From positions 79,176,001 through 79,240,000 of the forward strand of contig NW_024704742.1 in the NCBI RefSeq assembly GCF_018977255.1: 64,000 nt of DNA, read 5' to 3'. The DNA comes from Callorhinchus milii. Its lineage: Eukaryota. Under the pieces are notes generated by a model that saw only the letters and a list, made by a program, of their open reading frames with translations, was not told where the DNA came from and made no database searches. Each line of letters starts with the position of its first letter. Position 1 is the first letter of the stretch. Made by a program: the position numbers and the translations under genes. Below are positions 35,040-49,075 of the stretch, piece by piece.

Positions 35040-36944
35040 TAAACGTAATTTTGTTGTTGTTGTAAACTGCCACTGTGCTCCTCAGGAACTCTGCTCTTAA
35101 ACACTTCTACAAATCATTGTGTTACCTTGAGACATCTCCAGAGCTTCTGATGGTCTGTCACCTTACTTTTTATTGTTTGGGTTTCCAGTATGTTCACAGT
35201 TATCTAGTTTCCTCTCACATTACTTCTGTTTCTTTCTGCTGTCTATCTGTCCTCCATGTCTCTTTTCTTTCACGCATGCTTTTCCTTTTCCACATCAGTG
35301 ATACCCCCTCATTCATCATCCAACTCCAGAAGTTCTTGCTGATAATTCCTCCAGGACACTGAGAGAAACTCCCTTCTCTTTTGAATAGTGCCATGGGATC
35401 CACCTTTCATCCGAAGGAAGGCACCTCTGATAACTGAATAAATAAAATGACATTCAGCATGTCCAATTAAATGAACCTTTTAAAATTGCGATACTGTTTA
35501 CAATAACAACAGCAACTTGTCTTTATATAGCGCTCCTCAAGTAGGATTGCATCCCAGAGTGCTGGAATGTTTATTTATAAGTCCTGAACTTACTGATTGG
35601 TGCAAAATAGTACTTTGCCCATACCACTGAAGTTGTGGAGCTTAAAATGCAAATTAATTCAGTAACACTTTAAAGTTTGAAAGTGTCATTTTACTGTATC
35701 GATATTCAGTTGAATTAATGGGACTCTTCAAGGTGGGATCAAGTCCCACTCAGGCTTGTGAAGAGAAAATTGTTGTTCTCTTTATTACTGCTGAGGTCAG
35801 GAAATGAAGAGAAATTAATTGCTAGTCAATGTTGTAAGTTGTATTGCTTCTGTTGAGGAGGAGGAATGCTGCAGTACTTTGTGATGCATTTCAGAATGTA
35901 GCCTCTTGAATCTGCCACCAAGTTACCATTCCCTCCACTCCCCTCAGCTCTTTGGTCAGTGACCCCATGGAGTTAGGATGAATCCCGATAATGGAGTGAG
36001 GGAGGTTCCTCATCACTTTTTTTTCGATCTCTTTTCTGTGGTTCTTACATCGGTGAGGATAAATCCAATAATGACCCTTGACCCCACTAATAACTGTGTA
36101 CTTTTATAAGGTATTTTCCTTATCAAATTTGTCTCACTTCCTCACTTTAAGCAGGACAGGGTTCCAATGTTGCGGTCTACATTGAAATTCGTTATGGTTG
36201 ATAATTACTAATTTTACTTATGTTCATAAAAACCTTGCTACATTTACACTTACATTTCCATTGCATTCTGGTGGAGATGCATTTGCAATTCCATTTCTTG
36301 AAGCAATCAGAAAAAATGATGGCCTCAGTACCTACAGTCCCTCGTGTTTGTCTGAGATTGATCCCCAGAGTCTAGGGGAAAGGTAGCAGCTTGATCATAT
36401 CAGTCTTCAGTATGAGTTCATCTCTCAGATGTGGGGAAATCTACAGTGTCTGATGTCTGGTCACAAGTTAACCATCTGAATAGCCACTTGACCAGAACAT
36501 CTCTAATTAAAACAACAAAGAGCCTCCTATCACGTACAACTACCATCTGCTCAGTTACTGACATAATGGCATACCTGCTGAGTGGGATACAGACATTAGA
36601 TCTGCCCACACATACTATTCATTGTTAAAGGAAATGTTCCATTGAAATCTGAAGTGATTGGAGCCAAGTCAAGTTCGAACTCAAAAATTAATCCCTTGTA
36701 TGTGTGTACAAGGTGTGTAGCTCTGATAAATTTTCTGATGACATTTCTGATGAAGTGGGGAGAGATTAGATCAGTTGAGTCAGACTTTCAGTTAGTGATA
36801 ACTAGGCATGAGATTGCCCTAAAAAGCACTCTCTTTTTCCTTTAACCTCACAGTAAAGAAATTGACCATCAGCCTTTTTTGCTCTCTCTAGTCCAACTAT
36901 CATTGCACCGATGTATAGATAAATCATTCTTACAGTTGCTTCAG

Positions 36945-37355
36945 AGCCTTTCATGATGGGAAGATGTCCCAAAGTGCTTGACATGGTATCCTGTAAAGTG
37001 TATTGGTAAACTGTGTGTTTTGTTTTTGTGGATGAACACACCAGCCAATTGGCACACATGATTGTCCCACAAACAGCATGAAGTGGATGATGAATTGTTG
37101 GCTGGAACACTGCGAGAAACACACTTTTCTTTGGGAATTGTTCCATGATATTTTTAATATTAACCTAAACAGGCAGACGGAGCCTTGGTTTAACATTTCA
37201 TCTGAAGGACAGCTCATCCCAACAGCACAGCACATGCCATCATTACATTGGAGTGTCATCTTAGGCCACATGAATTCCAAGTCCTGACATGGGAATGAAT
37301 CCAAAAACCTTCTGGCTCAGAGGCAAGAATTCTGTCAATTGAGCAAGGCTGACAT
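36945..37355 (-). mobile_element. DeuSINE-type element
   Basis: Collinear with the reverse complement of 31808-32200. Confidence 0.85.
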
Positions 37356-37604
37356 CCAACCCTCAACTTCAAATTCATCCTGTAATCCTCTCCATGGTCA
37401 GGGGTACAATTCACAGCAAATAAATCGAAAAGACAGAGAAGTTGTTTTTGCTTTACACCATATTATGGCCTATGTATTCTGGGTTATTCATACAACAGGA
37501 ATTCACACCTCATGTTTTACTTAGAAAGAAAGCAGGAATTTATTATTTTATTAACGCTAATTGCTTTACTGTAAGCTAAGATATACTGTGTAAAACTACC
37601 AATA

Positions 37605-38030
37605 ACAGCAACTTGGATTTTTACAGTGCCCTTTACATGGGGTAGAGTCTCGGAACGCTTAGCAGCGGCAGAGCTTGATGCAAAGCTGAAGAGACTTGGG
37701 AGGCAACTGTAGGCAAGGTTAAAGAGCAAGTTTTCCAAGTGCGATCTAAAGATGGAGGAGGAGGAGGCAAGGCGAGGGATTGAGGAAGCGAGTTTCATAG
37801 CTTCAGGGTGCAGTGGCTGAAAACACAGCCATTGATGGTGGAGTGAAGGAGACGAGGGACGTTCAAGCTGCCGGAGTCAGCTGAGCAAAGGCAGTGGATA
37901 GTGGAGTGGTGTGTCAGCAGGTGGAGAGTTAGGGAGGTCCCAGGACATGAGGGATTAGTACACAAGTGTGAGAATCTTGAAATTAATCTATTCTATAATA
38001 GGGAGCTAGTGGAGCATGAAGCATGAGCAA
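37605..38030 (-). mobile_element. Old L2 3' fragment
   Basis: CAGCAACTTGGATTTTTACAGTGCCC tail followed by an antisense L2 body. Confidence 0.8.
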
Positions 38031-38047
38031 GGAGCCCTCCACTTTGT

Positions 38048-38368
38048 GGAGTCCTGTAGCTCAGTGGTTAGAGCACTCGCTTTGCAAGTGAGAGACCTGA
38101 GTTCAATTCCAGGCAGGGCGAAACCTTGGGCAAGTTTCCTTACTCCACACGCCTAATAATAATCCCTCCAAAACTAAAAACAATAATTAAATTGGTCATT
38201 TTCAATCTACGACTGTTTGTGGGACATTGCTGTGCGCAATTGGCTGCCGCGTTCGCCCACAAATATACAGTCAATTCACTTTACAGTGTGTTCTGTGAAG
38301 CGCTTTGGGACGTCCTCCCGACGTGAAAAGCGCTATATCAAATGCAAGGATTATTATTATTATTATTA
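38048..38368 (+). mobile_element. Young tRNA SINE, full length
   Basis: Near-identical to 218-543. Confidence 0.95.
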
Positions 38369-39906
38369 AGGAATAAGTGATAGGTAAGGAGTTTGGTGTG
38401 GGTGAGGATATGGGCGATAGAGTTTTGACAGAGCTTATCACTGCCACTGAGAAAGACAATACACAATTATCAGTGTCACTGAGAAACACTATAAAAATCT
38501 ACCCTTGGTGTGTTTAAATTTCTGAACACTGAATTTACGCTTAACGTCTGTGAAATAATAATCAAACAATATGTTATGCTTCAGCAAATTGTTTCAAAGA
38601 TGATTTGAAATAAGAAAATCTCCATTCATCATTTTGGGGAGGATGGTGGGGAAGGGGTCCTGGCTGCAGTGTTGATGGGTTTAATGGATAGAAAGCTGTT
38701 GCATTCTCTTATTAGAACTGTCGCCCCTCACCTTAAATGCATGCATACGTATGCACAATTCCAGCAAACGTGAAATTAACTTGCCAAGATGAGCTATTAG
38801 TCTAGAACTTTTAAGCACTGCCGATAAAAACAGTCAATTTGTAAGGCTCATACAAAGCCCATGTAAGCTTTTATTGAACTATCCAATCTAAACAGAAAGA
38901 GAAAACACTTAAGAGAGAACATACATATTACCCCAAAACTGATTCGATTTCTCATACATCGTACTTTCTCTGAGTGCAATTTGGCTGGATTAAGTGGTGT
39001 GAATGTTGAAAAACTAGAGAAATAGCTTTTCTTTAAACCAGCAATTTGTTTATCTAATGAGATCAGGAAGTCCTTACCATGGAACTGAATGGGAAGTGAT
39101 TTATTATACTGAATTTCTAAGTTAAGATCAAAATTTCAGAACTATCTTCGAACAGGAATGTCTAGGCACCTCTAAATCAATACAGATGAGAATTGGCTTG
39201 CGACTAAGTTAAAAAACAGCTTAATGCTGTGTTGGGAAGACGCTCAGGTGAGGATTCTGGCGCGAGGAGATCAGTTGGGCTGAAGGGCCTTCTTCGTTCA
39301 ACCCAATTTGTTATCTTTATGATTGAGTGAATCCTTTATAATGGACTTTTCAGTACCTATAACAAAATATGCAAATAACTGCTTAGCTTCTTGGAAGAAT
39401 AATGGGGCAGAGCATTTTGATGTTGTAGTGTTTGATAAAGACTTTCTGTATCACACACCACTCTGAGGTTGTTACCAAAATTGGCAAGAGGCGTCGGAGA
39501 GCAACCTATCCCACTTGTTGGTTTGTACTGCCTTACTGCGAAGAAGCACTGGCTCTCCTTGTTGGCTCAGCAGTGCTCAGTTGCTCACTGTTTCAGGAAG
39601 ATACAGGCAAAAAGCCTCATCATAGCACTCAATGGCACAGCGTTCAGATTTACCTTCACTGCACTCGTACCATTCTATCTTCTTTGATAATATTTGAAAA
39701 TTATTCTGAAAAAGGATTTTGGTATAATCATGTGTTCCATGCATTTTACTAAATATATACATATTTAATTTCTGATTCATGTCTTATTACATATTTTCTT
39801 CCATTCTCCTGCTGCACAGAAGTCTAATTGACTGTTTTTCCTTTTCTCTTGGGTACAGCCCTCCAGTGCCTCAACCCAAGTGTCCATTCTTTACTTATGA
39901 AATATG

Positions 39907-39975
39907 TGATTGAGTACTTACAGGGTGTATGATTGAGTACTTACAGGGTGTATGATTGAGTACTTACAGGGTGTG
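39907..39975. repeat. Minisatellite, 23 bp x 3 (TGATTGAGTACTTACAGGGTGTA)
   Basis: Three near-perfect tandem units read directly. Confidence 0.95.
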
Positions 39976-39984
39976 TGACCTAAT

Positions 39985-40140
39985 CGTAGGCACTGATAGG
40001 GTATTTCAAGCAACAATTGGACAAGCTAGGACTCTTCAGTCTTGAAAGATGAATCAGATGGGAGCTCATAGAGGTGTATAAAATGTTAAATGGGATTGAA
40101 AAAGTAAACCTAGAACAATACTTAGGATGCACCTGGATAG
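39985..40140 (+). mobile_element. CR1 ORF2 C-terminal fragment
   Basis: LDKLGLFSLER*IRWELIEVYKMLNG, matching CR1 LGLFSLExRRLRGDLIEVYK. Confidence 0.8.
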
Positions 40141-40689
40141 TAGACTTGACATTGAGTATTGACTTAAGAGAGACCAAAGCAGATTTGCCAATCCTTGATC
40201 TCAGGCATTGAGGCCAATTGCAGCATTCACTGCTGGTTGAATTTGATTGGGTCATTTAGAACCTACCAGTGATTGAGCTTCGCATCTGACCAGTTAATGT
40301 GACTCCGCTACTCAGTAATAAACTGATTGAAGCAGTAAGACAATCTAATGGATATATTTTCAACACTGTGTGTGCTTGGCCTCATGTCTCCAATGTGACA
40401 AGTTTGTACAACCCAGTCAAGATCACTCACAGAGCTCTCTTTAGTCAGGCACAGGAAGGGGCACACACAGTGGCATCCAGGCAGGAGATTGCTCTTTGCT
40501 TATTTCTCCCCAATATGGGGGGGAAGTAGTAATCTCTTCCTGGTGCCTCTCTGCTCAAAATACCTTACAGTGGGACTTGAGTGGAGAGTGAGAATTCAAA
40601 TCTCCATCCCACAACATTCAATAAATCACTCTATGTGTATATGCGGCAATTACAATTTTGGAGAGTTAGCTACAGCATTTACATGAATG

Positions 40690-41485
40690 TTCAGTATGTC
40701 CTTGTTCTCCTCAACTCCTCTGCCATCCTTGATCCCGCATGACAATCCATCCTTATCCACTGTCTCTCCTGATAAGCTTGTGTGGCCCCACACTTTCCTG
40801 GTCCTACCTGTCCTAGCATCTTTACTTTGTCTGTTCCAATGGCTTCTTCTTCTGTCTCTACTTGGTCACCTGAGGTGTTTCTCATGGCTCTATCTTTGGT
40901 TCCCTCCTTTTCCTCACTTACATGCTCCTGCTTCATGGCATCATCCACTGGAATGGGGTCCACTTCAACAAGAATGCAGAAAGCACCTAACTCTATCTTT
41001 CTGCCCCTGCCCTCGACTCCAGGCCACCACTATTCTGACAGACTTCCTGAGTTTCATTGTGAGTCATCAATCCCTGTATGAGCTGCAACTTATTCAACTC
41101 AACATTGACATATTTGAGGCTGTCCTTCCTCAGCCCATGTCAATGCCTCTTCACCTGAAGCATTGACCACATTGACCTCCTTTGAACTATGTGGAACCTC
41201 AGTGTTTCATATGACTCAGCTTTTCTTGAAAACTTTCATCCCGTCTCTGACCAAGTTTATTGCCAGAACATTGACTAGCTCCAACATTACCTCTTTCAAA
41301 ATCGTTCTTCATTGCCCCCTCCTTCTCATCTTTCAAAACCCATCTTTTTGACTGTGCTTTTAAGCTTCCCCCCCCTCCCCTCCTGTTTGCCTCCCAGCTT
41401 GAACTCTCACCCAATCTCTGTGAAGCACTTTTAGAAATTCTCCTTTCATGAATGGCAGTATGCAAGGGCAAATTGTCATTGTTGA
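40690..41485 (+). mobile_element. Highly decayed L2
   Basis: Pyrimidine-rich, with residual RT-region and 3' end similarity to the other L2 copies. Confidence 0.65.
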
Positions 41486-41503
41486 TGTTCTAGTTTTCAA
41501 CCA

Positions 41504-42845
41504 TAACAACAACAACAAATTACATTTATAGAGTGCCTTTCATGTTGGGATCACATCCCAAGGTGCTGGACAGTCAGGTGTCGGGACCCAAGCATGGGGG
41601 AGGGGTGGGATAGGGGTGAGGGAAGGTAGAGAGGTGGGAGGGCGACTGAAAGCACGATCGAAGAGAAGGATCTTGAGACTGGCCTTAAAGGAAGCAAGGG
41701 AGGAAGAGAGGCAAAGGGATGGAGTTCCAGAGTGTGGGGGCAGAGAATCTGAAAGCTTGGCCACTGATGGTAGGATGGGTCGGACGGGAGACATGGAGCA
41801 GGCCGTTGGGCGTGGGCAGGTTGGTAGGGAATCAGCAGGTCAGAGTGGTAGGAGGGGGCAAGTTCATGGATGGCCTTGAAAGTGAGGACGAGGATCTTGA
41901 ATTCGATCCTCTGAGGGATGGGGAGCCAGTGGAGTCGGTCGAGGGGGGTAGTGATGGGATCGTTGAGCCTGGTGCATGAGAGTACACGAGCTGCAGAGTT
42001 TTGCATGATCTGTAGCTTGTGAAGGGAAGAGTTGGGAAGACCAGTGAGGAGGGAGTTTCCGTAATCGAGCCTTAATGTGACAAATGCATGGGTGAGGGTC
42101 TCGGTCTCTTGAGGGGTGAGGCAGTTGCGGAGTTTGGCAATTTCGCGGAGATGGTGGAAGGCAGAGCCGGTCATGGCATGGATGTGGGGGAGAAAGAACA
42201 GTTCAGGGTCAAACAAGACACCCAGGTTCCTGATTGACTTTGTGAGGTTGAGTGTGCAGCCATGGAGGCTGATGCTGCCAATCCCCGAGGTGCGGAGGTA
42301 CTGGCGTTAACCAATAAGGAGGGCCTCGGTTTTGCTGACATTGAGTTGGAGAAAGTTACCTCTCATCCAGGACTTGATGTCGGACAGGCAGTCTGTCAGG
42401 ACGCCAGTAGTCCTGGAGTTGAGGGTGGAGACAGAGAGATAGAGTTGGGTGTCATCCGCATACATGTGGAAATTTATCCATGTCTGCGGATGATGTCACC
42501 AAGGGGAAGCATGTAGAGGGTGAAGAGAAGGGTGAGGACAGATCCCTGAGGAACACTGCACGAGATAGTGCGGGGACTGGAGGAGAAGCCGTTTGCTGTG
42601 ACGAAGTGGAGGCAGTGTGAAAGGTAGGACCTGAACCAGTCAAGGACAGAACCTTGAAGGTTGAGGTGGGAGAAGTGGCGGTGGAGGAGAATTGAATGGT
42701 CAACAGTGTCAAAGATGGCAGAGAGGTCAAGGAGGACGAGGAGGCAGAGGGAGCCCTGGTCACACATGGTCAGGATGTCGTCTGTGACCTTGATCAGAGC
42801 AGTTTCCATGCTGTGGGCAGCACGGAAACCCGATTGGAGGGGCTC
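41504..42845 (-). mobile_element. 5'-truncated L2 LINE (RT + C-terminus)
   Basis: QSGFRAAHSMETAL, LLDLSAIFDTVDH, VPQGSVL, LRLDYGN, LHWLP; (CAA)n tail. Confidence 0.95.
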
Positions 42846-44149
42846 TACTTTTCCATACCTCCTCATACTTTCCCAGTGAATTCCTGGTGGAGACAGCATG
42901 ATCCGAGCCAACCCTGATGGAGTCTGAACACTGCGCCATCTTCAGAAGATGGTTTCAGCAGCATATCAATTCTTGTCACCTCAATGTGAATACAGTGGTA
43001 CAAATCAATTCGGACTCTGCTCAAAGTCCCTGATTCACCCAAGAACATGTAGGGGATATTTTTAGACCATTATTAAAGAGTCCATTACGCAAGAACATTT
43101 CCATTTCATAGAACTGTCTTTCAGCCCCCAGCCAAAGTAATTAGAAATTGGAAATGGGAATTTGAGCTCACTGTTCTTAGTCACTTTACTGCCAGAGGGG
43201 ATGTTGCTTGAAGCTGCATAAAACTGGCCATAGAAATAGAAAAATGTGAGTTTTTTCAGCTAAAATATGATCCTAATTTAGAGCAATAATATCTGAGCCC
43301 TCAATGAATACACGGATATTCAAATGGTATTAACATCAAAATATGATCAAAACCTGTGTGCTGTTTCAAAATAACAAGTGGTCACTACTGAACACTGCGG
43401 TGCATCTACCTGAACAATATCTTGTGAGGAAAGCTGTGGGAGATTCTCTGCCTCATCCTGGGACTCTGACCTTGAGACTCCCTGAGTAGACACTGAACAA
43501 TGTATTAAGCTGATATTTCTGCAGTAAAATACGAACGACTAAGATTTTGTATTCTGAGATAAAAGGAGATTATTTGTGATGCAAAGGAAACACTTGTCTC
43601 CTCTGGCCATGATTACAATGTCAATGAAAGTCTCGTAAAGTATGGCAAATATCAAGACTAATGGCTCTTACGTAATATCTGTAGTCTGTAGCTATGATAT
43701 TAGGAAACAGATGAACTGGCTGTTATTTCTTGATACTCAGCAGTACCACCGCACTTGACATATCAGAAATAGTATATCCAAAAATACTTTCAATGTCACT
43801 GTTGTAGAAATTAAGGTTGACAGATGTTATATATGCACTAATGCTTTTACTATTAATCTTAAGTGGAAAACCAAAAAAGGATTTTCTTTATTGAAACATA
43901 ATGTCTTTGCATTTTGAAAATAAGGGGCTAAGAAATTTGCAAACTGGCTCCATTTAATGGCAACTGATTAATAATGATTGAGCCTGATGCCTGAACTACT
44001 CATTGTAATACTACATTTATAGTGGAGGGTATGCTGCTATTTCTGCACCACGTACCACCACAAGATGATGCTCATTATTCACCTTGTTGGGCTGCTCTGA
44101 CATGGACCTGGAATAGTTGGTTTTAGGAGCAGACGCTGATATATATATG

Positions 44150-44480
44150 TGCCAGCTTTGCTGGGTAGGTAGTACTTTCACCTTTTGAGCAAAAGCTTGT
44201 AAGTTCAAGCTCCATGTCAGGACTTTGAAATCCATAGTCTAGGCTGATACTCCAATGCAATGCTGGGGGTGTGCTACATTGTTGGAAGTGCCGGTCTTTG
44301 GATAAGATGTTAAAATGAGGCCCTGTCTACATTTTCAAGTGGACGTTAAAAGATCTCTTGGCACTATTCAAAAGGTGATGGGAATTTTTCCCGGTGTCTT
44401 GGCCAACATTGCCTCAAATAAAATTGGTCAATCACTTAATAGCTGCGTATGGGACATTGCTGTGTGCAAATAAGCACCAT
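44150..44480 (+). mobile_element. DeuSINE-type element
   Basis: AGGCTGATACTCCAATGCA...GATGTTAAAATGAGGCCCTGTCT...CCGGTGTCTTGGCCAACA. Confidence 0.8.
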
Positions 44481-44489
44481 GAATGCAAT

Positions 44490-44770
44490 CAAAAAGGAAG
44501 ACCTTTAGGCAGGATTTGAAAGTGGGGAGCGAGGGGGCAAGGCAAAGGGGTTGAGGGAGAGAGTTTCAGAGTTTCAGGGTGTAGTAACTGAAGGCACGGC
44601 CACTGATGGTGGAGTGGAGGGCACGAGGGACTAACAGGTGGCCGAAGCCGGCCGAGCAGAGGCAGTGGGTGGTGGATTGAGGTGTAAGCAATTTAAATAG
44701 GTAGTGAGGTGCGAGGGCATGAAGGGATTTGAAAATGAGTGAGAGGACATTGAAATCAGTTTGTTTGATA
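44490..44770 (-). mobile_element. L2 fragment, second family
   Basis: FKSLHALAPHYL...ISGRAFSY frame. Confidence 0.85.
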
Positions 44771-44844
44771 ATTGTCAAACCTTGTCGAACCTGGAAAGGA
44801 CTGGTGTGATTGGTTGCACGGATGAAGGTGGGTAGTGTGAATCA

Positions 44845-45095
44845 TTGACATTTTCAGTGCAGCAGGAGTCCATTCGGCCCATTGAGTCTGCCTCAGCTCT
44901 CAGAGCAAACTGTACTTTCCATCCCACTGCCCTCTCTTATCTGCATATCCATTCAAGCCTCTAACTTCCAAATGCATCTCTACTTCCCTCTTGAAACCCA
45001 CAATGGACTCTTCTGCTACCACCTTGCTTGGCAGGGCAGTCCACATCCCAACAACTTTCTACGTGAAAAAAAAGTAATTTCATTCTTCTTGTGAC
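44845..45095 (-). mobile_element. CR1 3' fragment
   Basis: GGAGTCCATTCGGCCCAT...ACCACCTTGCTTGGCAGGGCAGTCCACATCCCAAC. Confidence 0.7.
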
Positions 45096-46384
45096 TATCT
45101 GATATGAATAAAACACCATGGTTCCTGTTCTATATTTTACAATTGCTAGAAGCTACTTGCAGTTTAAATCCACGACCAAAAATAAGCTGCACATATATCC
45201 ATACACACATGTATTAGAAGCTAATAATGGTTTAATACATCTCCATTTTACTGGAATTAAGTTTAGTAGCACTCACTGTCAAGTCTCTACCATAAATAAG
45301 TGACTTGGCCAAAATCCTGGATGCTTTTAGAAACAGTGGTGGTGATATAATTGGAGAACAGTTGTCAGGGTCGAGGGGAGGGGAAATAATCTTTTCTGTA
45401 GTATTTTACTGTAATCCATTCTGTGGACAGATGTGTATTAAATGTTCTTACTTTACATTTCATCTAATTTGCTATGTTTACAAAAGGGGTGAGAAACATT
45501 AATATGACGTCTATTCTGCCGTCTAATTTGCAGAAATTCACAAATTGTCTAATTGAAATTTCTGAAAGCTGCCAAAGTGTGAAAAGAATGAATAAATCAA
45601 AACGTTTGAAGAAACATGGTCTTCCTGAGATTATACTCATTATTGGAGAGAAATTCCATCTGGGTCCAGATTACTTCTATTGTGACAGTATTGTGAAGCA
45701 TATAGAATTTGGTAATTTTTTGCATTCAGACTTAAACTTTGAAGTTATTCTGTACTTATTGAATGCATTTTGCAGAAAATCAGCTTCAAAATCAAGACTG
45801 TATTCTGCTAAAATTTGCAATAAAATACTAAGGAAATAGAATAAATCTGGATCTAGGTGCAATTTTGTCTCCACAATATTTTTCTAAATAATATGAGAAA
45901 TAATATGAGGAAAAATAAAATATGAGGATTGACTAGAGTCATTTAAGTAAGTTACATTAAGACATCAAATTTGGAAGTTGAATTTTTTTTATAGGAAAGA
46001 AAATTCTATCTTGTACCTTTCAATTCCCAATCCCACTTCTCATTTAACGGAAATGCAAAAAAGGCCTATAGAATTTGGCATGTATTTAAATGCATTTGTT
46101 GATAGGGAATTTCACAGAATTTCTTGCCTTTCATGCTTTAATTGGACTATGCGAGAGTGATATTCTGGAAGGATGAGATCAAGGCATCTGAAGGACGTTC
46201 TTTAACTGAATCTTTCTTGTTGCTGGAGATATTTTCATAACCAGAAGGTTAGCTGCAGTTCATTTAATAAATATATCTATAGGTGCAGAGGATAGTTTCT
46301 TCAATTGGAGTTCTTCATCTTCTTCTTTCTTTCCACATCATTGTTCCATTGATGGCAAGTGGTTCTGCCATTGAGAAATAATTT

Positions 46385-47023
46385 GTGTGTAGTGGGGGAA
46401 GGGGGCTTAGGTGTGCTGCATTGTTGGAAATGCTGTACTCCAGATGAGACATTAAATTGAGGGCCCATCTGCCTCTTCTGGTGGATGTTAAAGATCCCAC
46501 GGCACTGGTCAAAAGAAAAGGGAGTCTATTCTGGTATTTCTGGCAGCAATCCCCCAAATAAAATTGGTCATTAAATTTCTAACAGACACTGTTATGTGCA
46601 AATTAGCTGCTACATTCACCTACAAAATAAAAAGTAATTAGACATTACAGTAAATCCAGTGAAGTACTTTGAGACGTCCTCTAGATGTAAAAAGTACCAA
46701 ATCAAATGTAAAGCTTTTTAAAAAAAGTTTTCAGTACTTCTCAGAAAGAAAGAAACACACAATTAAGCATCATGCAAAATTACCCTTTTTGTTATGAGCA
46801 ATCCTTGTGTTTGATTAACGCCTTATCATTTTATTTTAAATAATAATAAAAGCGGTCACTTCAATCCATGACTGTTTCTGGGACACTGCTGTGCACAATT
46901 GGCTGCTGCGTTTCGCCCACAAATATATAGTCAATTCACTTTACAGTCTATTCTGTGAAACCCTTTGAAACGACTAGAAGATGTGAAAAACGCTATATCA
47001 AATGCAAGGATTATTATTATTAT
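46385..47023 (+). mobile_element. DeuSINE remnant (46385-46720) and SINE 3' half (46840-47023)
   Basis: CAGATGAGACATTAAATTGAGGGCCC core; second piece ends AAATGCAAGG(ATT)n. Confidence 0.8.
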
Positions 47024-47804
47024 CATGTCAAAAGATCTCACTGTGTTTGATTCGTAACCAAGAAATAGACTTTTTAAAAATGATTAATAATTGGATTTTA
47101 ACAGCTGTATAGTTAATGACTAACTAATTAAGCAGAATAGATTGACTAAATAAGCTATTTCAGTTAAAAAGTTAATTTTTATGGCATCATTACCACACTC
47201 TGATCTGATAGATCCTGTTCCATGGTGCTGTGATTGAAATTGATGAGATTTTATTTCAGCTGGATGATGAACAGATTTTACAGACTTTAATGATTTCTCG
47301 TGAGCAGCGCGGCAGTGCTCAGCACCTAGGACAAGGCTGAGCTGGAAAAAAGCCCTGTCATGTTGACAGCCGCACGAGCAGTTGTCAACCACTGGGGAAT
47401 TGGATAACTGGGCCTCACTCAAAACTACTCTGTTAGCTCATTTCTTATCTACTCGAGGACGCTCTTGACGTGAGGCTAACAGGGATCAAGACAACGTAGT
47501 TTAGTATTTGGCAAGCTCCTTTCACTTCACTGGAAGAGAAATTATGTGGAAATTTACAACTGTAAATGTATCTGCTATCTCCTCAGCGTTGAAAGACCAC
47601 AAACCCCCCCACCTCCCCATTACGGAATTGTTCGCTCACTTGATCTTCAAAACACTGAGATGTAAATGCTCACTGCACATTGATCACAATTGGATAAAAT
47701 ACAATTACAGTAAACTTATTTATGGAGCACCTTTCACATCAGAAGAACCAAATAGACTGGAATGGCCTTTGTCTGGTCATATACATTTCTTATGTTTCTA
47801 CATA

Positions 47805-48650
47805 CAACAACAACAACAAAATTACATTTATAGAGTACTATTCACATCGGGAGGACGTCCCAAAGCGCTGAACAATCAGGTGTCGGGGCCCGAGCATGGG
47901 GGAGAGGTGGGATAGGGGTGAAAGAAGGCACAGAGGTCAGAGGGCAATCCAAGACACGATCGAAGAGAAGAATCTTGAGACCGCCCTTGAAGGAGGCAAG
48001 GGAGGAAGTGAGGCAAAGGGACCATGGGAAGGAGTTCCAGAGTGTGGGGGCAGAGAAGATGAAAGCCCGGCCACCGATGGTAGGGCGGGTCGGGCGGGAG
48101 ACATGGAGCAGCCCGGAGGACACTGAACGGAGGGAGTGGGCAGGTTGGTAGGGAGTCAGCAGGTCAGAGAGTTAGGAGGGGGCAAGGCCATGGATGGCCT
48201 TAAAGGTGAGGACGAGGATCTTGAACCTGATCCTCTGAGGGATGGGGAGCCAGTGGAGTCGGGCGAGGGTGGGAGTGATGGGGTCGCGGAGCCTGGTGCG
48301 TGAGAGTACATGAGCTGCAGAGTTTTGGATGATCTGCAGCTTGTGAAGAGAAGAGTTGGGAAGGCCAATGAGGAGGGAGTTCCTGTAGTCAAGCCTTGAT
48401 GTGACGAATGCGTGGGTGAGGGTTTCGGAGGCCTGAGGTGTGAGGCAACAACAACAACAACTTGGATTTATATAGCGCCCACCACGCCGGACAGCGTCTC
48501 AGAGCGCTTTACAGTAACGGATCCTGGGACCGAGCCAGGGGAAGGGGGAGGAAGGTGACCAAAGGGGCATAGTGGCTGAAGGCACGGCCGCCGAGGGTGG
48601 TGCGGAGAACTCGGGGGGATGAGGAGGAGGCCAGACCCGGAAGAACGGAG
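47805..48650 (-). mobile_element. Two abutting L2 fragments of different families (47805-48445 and 48446-48650)
   Basis: Two separate (CAA)n tails; distinct termini AAATGTAATTTTG and AAATCCAAGTTG. Confidence 0.9.
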
Positions 48651-48752
48651 AAAGACACAATTGCCACGGTTGTACTAAACCCTGTTAAAGCCATGGAGTG
48701 AACCCCAGCAAAGGGAGCCTCAAGGAACAAAATTGAGTTATTGGAGGGGAAT

Positions 48753-49075
48753 ATAATAATATAATAATAATAATCCTTGCATTTGATATAGCGCTTTTCA
48801 CGTCGGGAGGACGTCCCAAAGCGCTTCACAGAACACACTGTAAAGTGAATTGACTGTATATTTGTGGGCGAACACGGCAGCCAATTGCACACAGCAATGT
48901 CCCACAAACAGTCGTAGATTGAAAATGACCAATTTATTATTGTTTTTTGTTTTGGAGGGATTATTATTAGGCGTGTGGAGTAAGGAAACTTGCCCAAGGT
49001 TTCGCTCTGCCTGGAATTGAACTCAGGTCTCTCGCTTGCAAAGCGAGTGCTCTAACCACTGAGCTACAGGACTCC
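48753..49075 (-). mobile_element. Young tRNA SINE, full length
   Basis: Reverse complement near-identical to 218-543. Confidence 0.95.

Noticed and set aside
39907..39975. CRISPR-like array
   Set aside because: Head-to-tail units with no spacers, no cas genes, and a eukaryotic context: a plain minisatellite.
45677..45874. ORF ILLQILAEYSLDFEADFLQNAFNK as an exon
   Set aside because: AT-rich, only a weak donor, and no recognisable homology.
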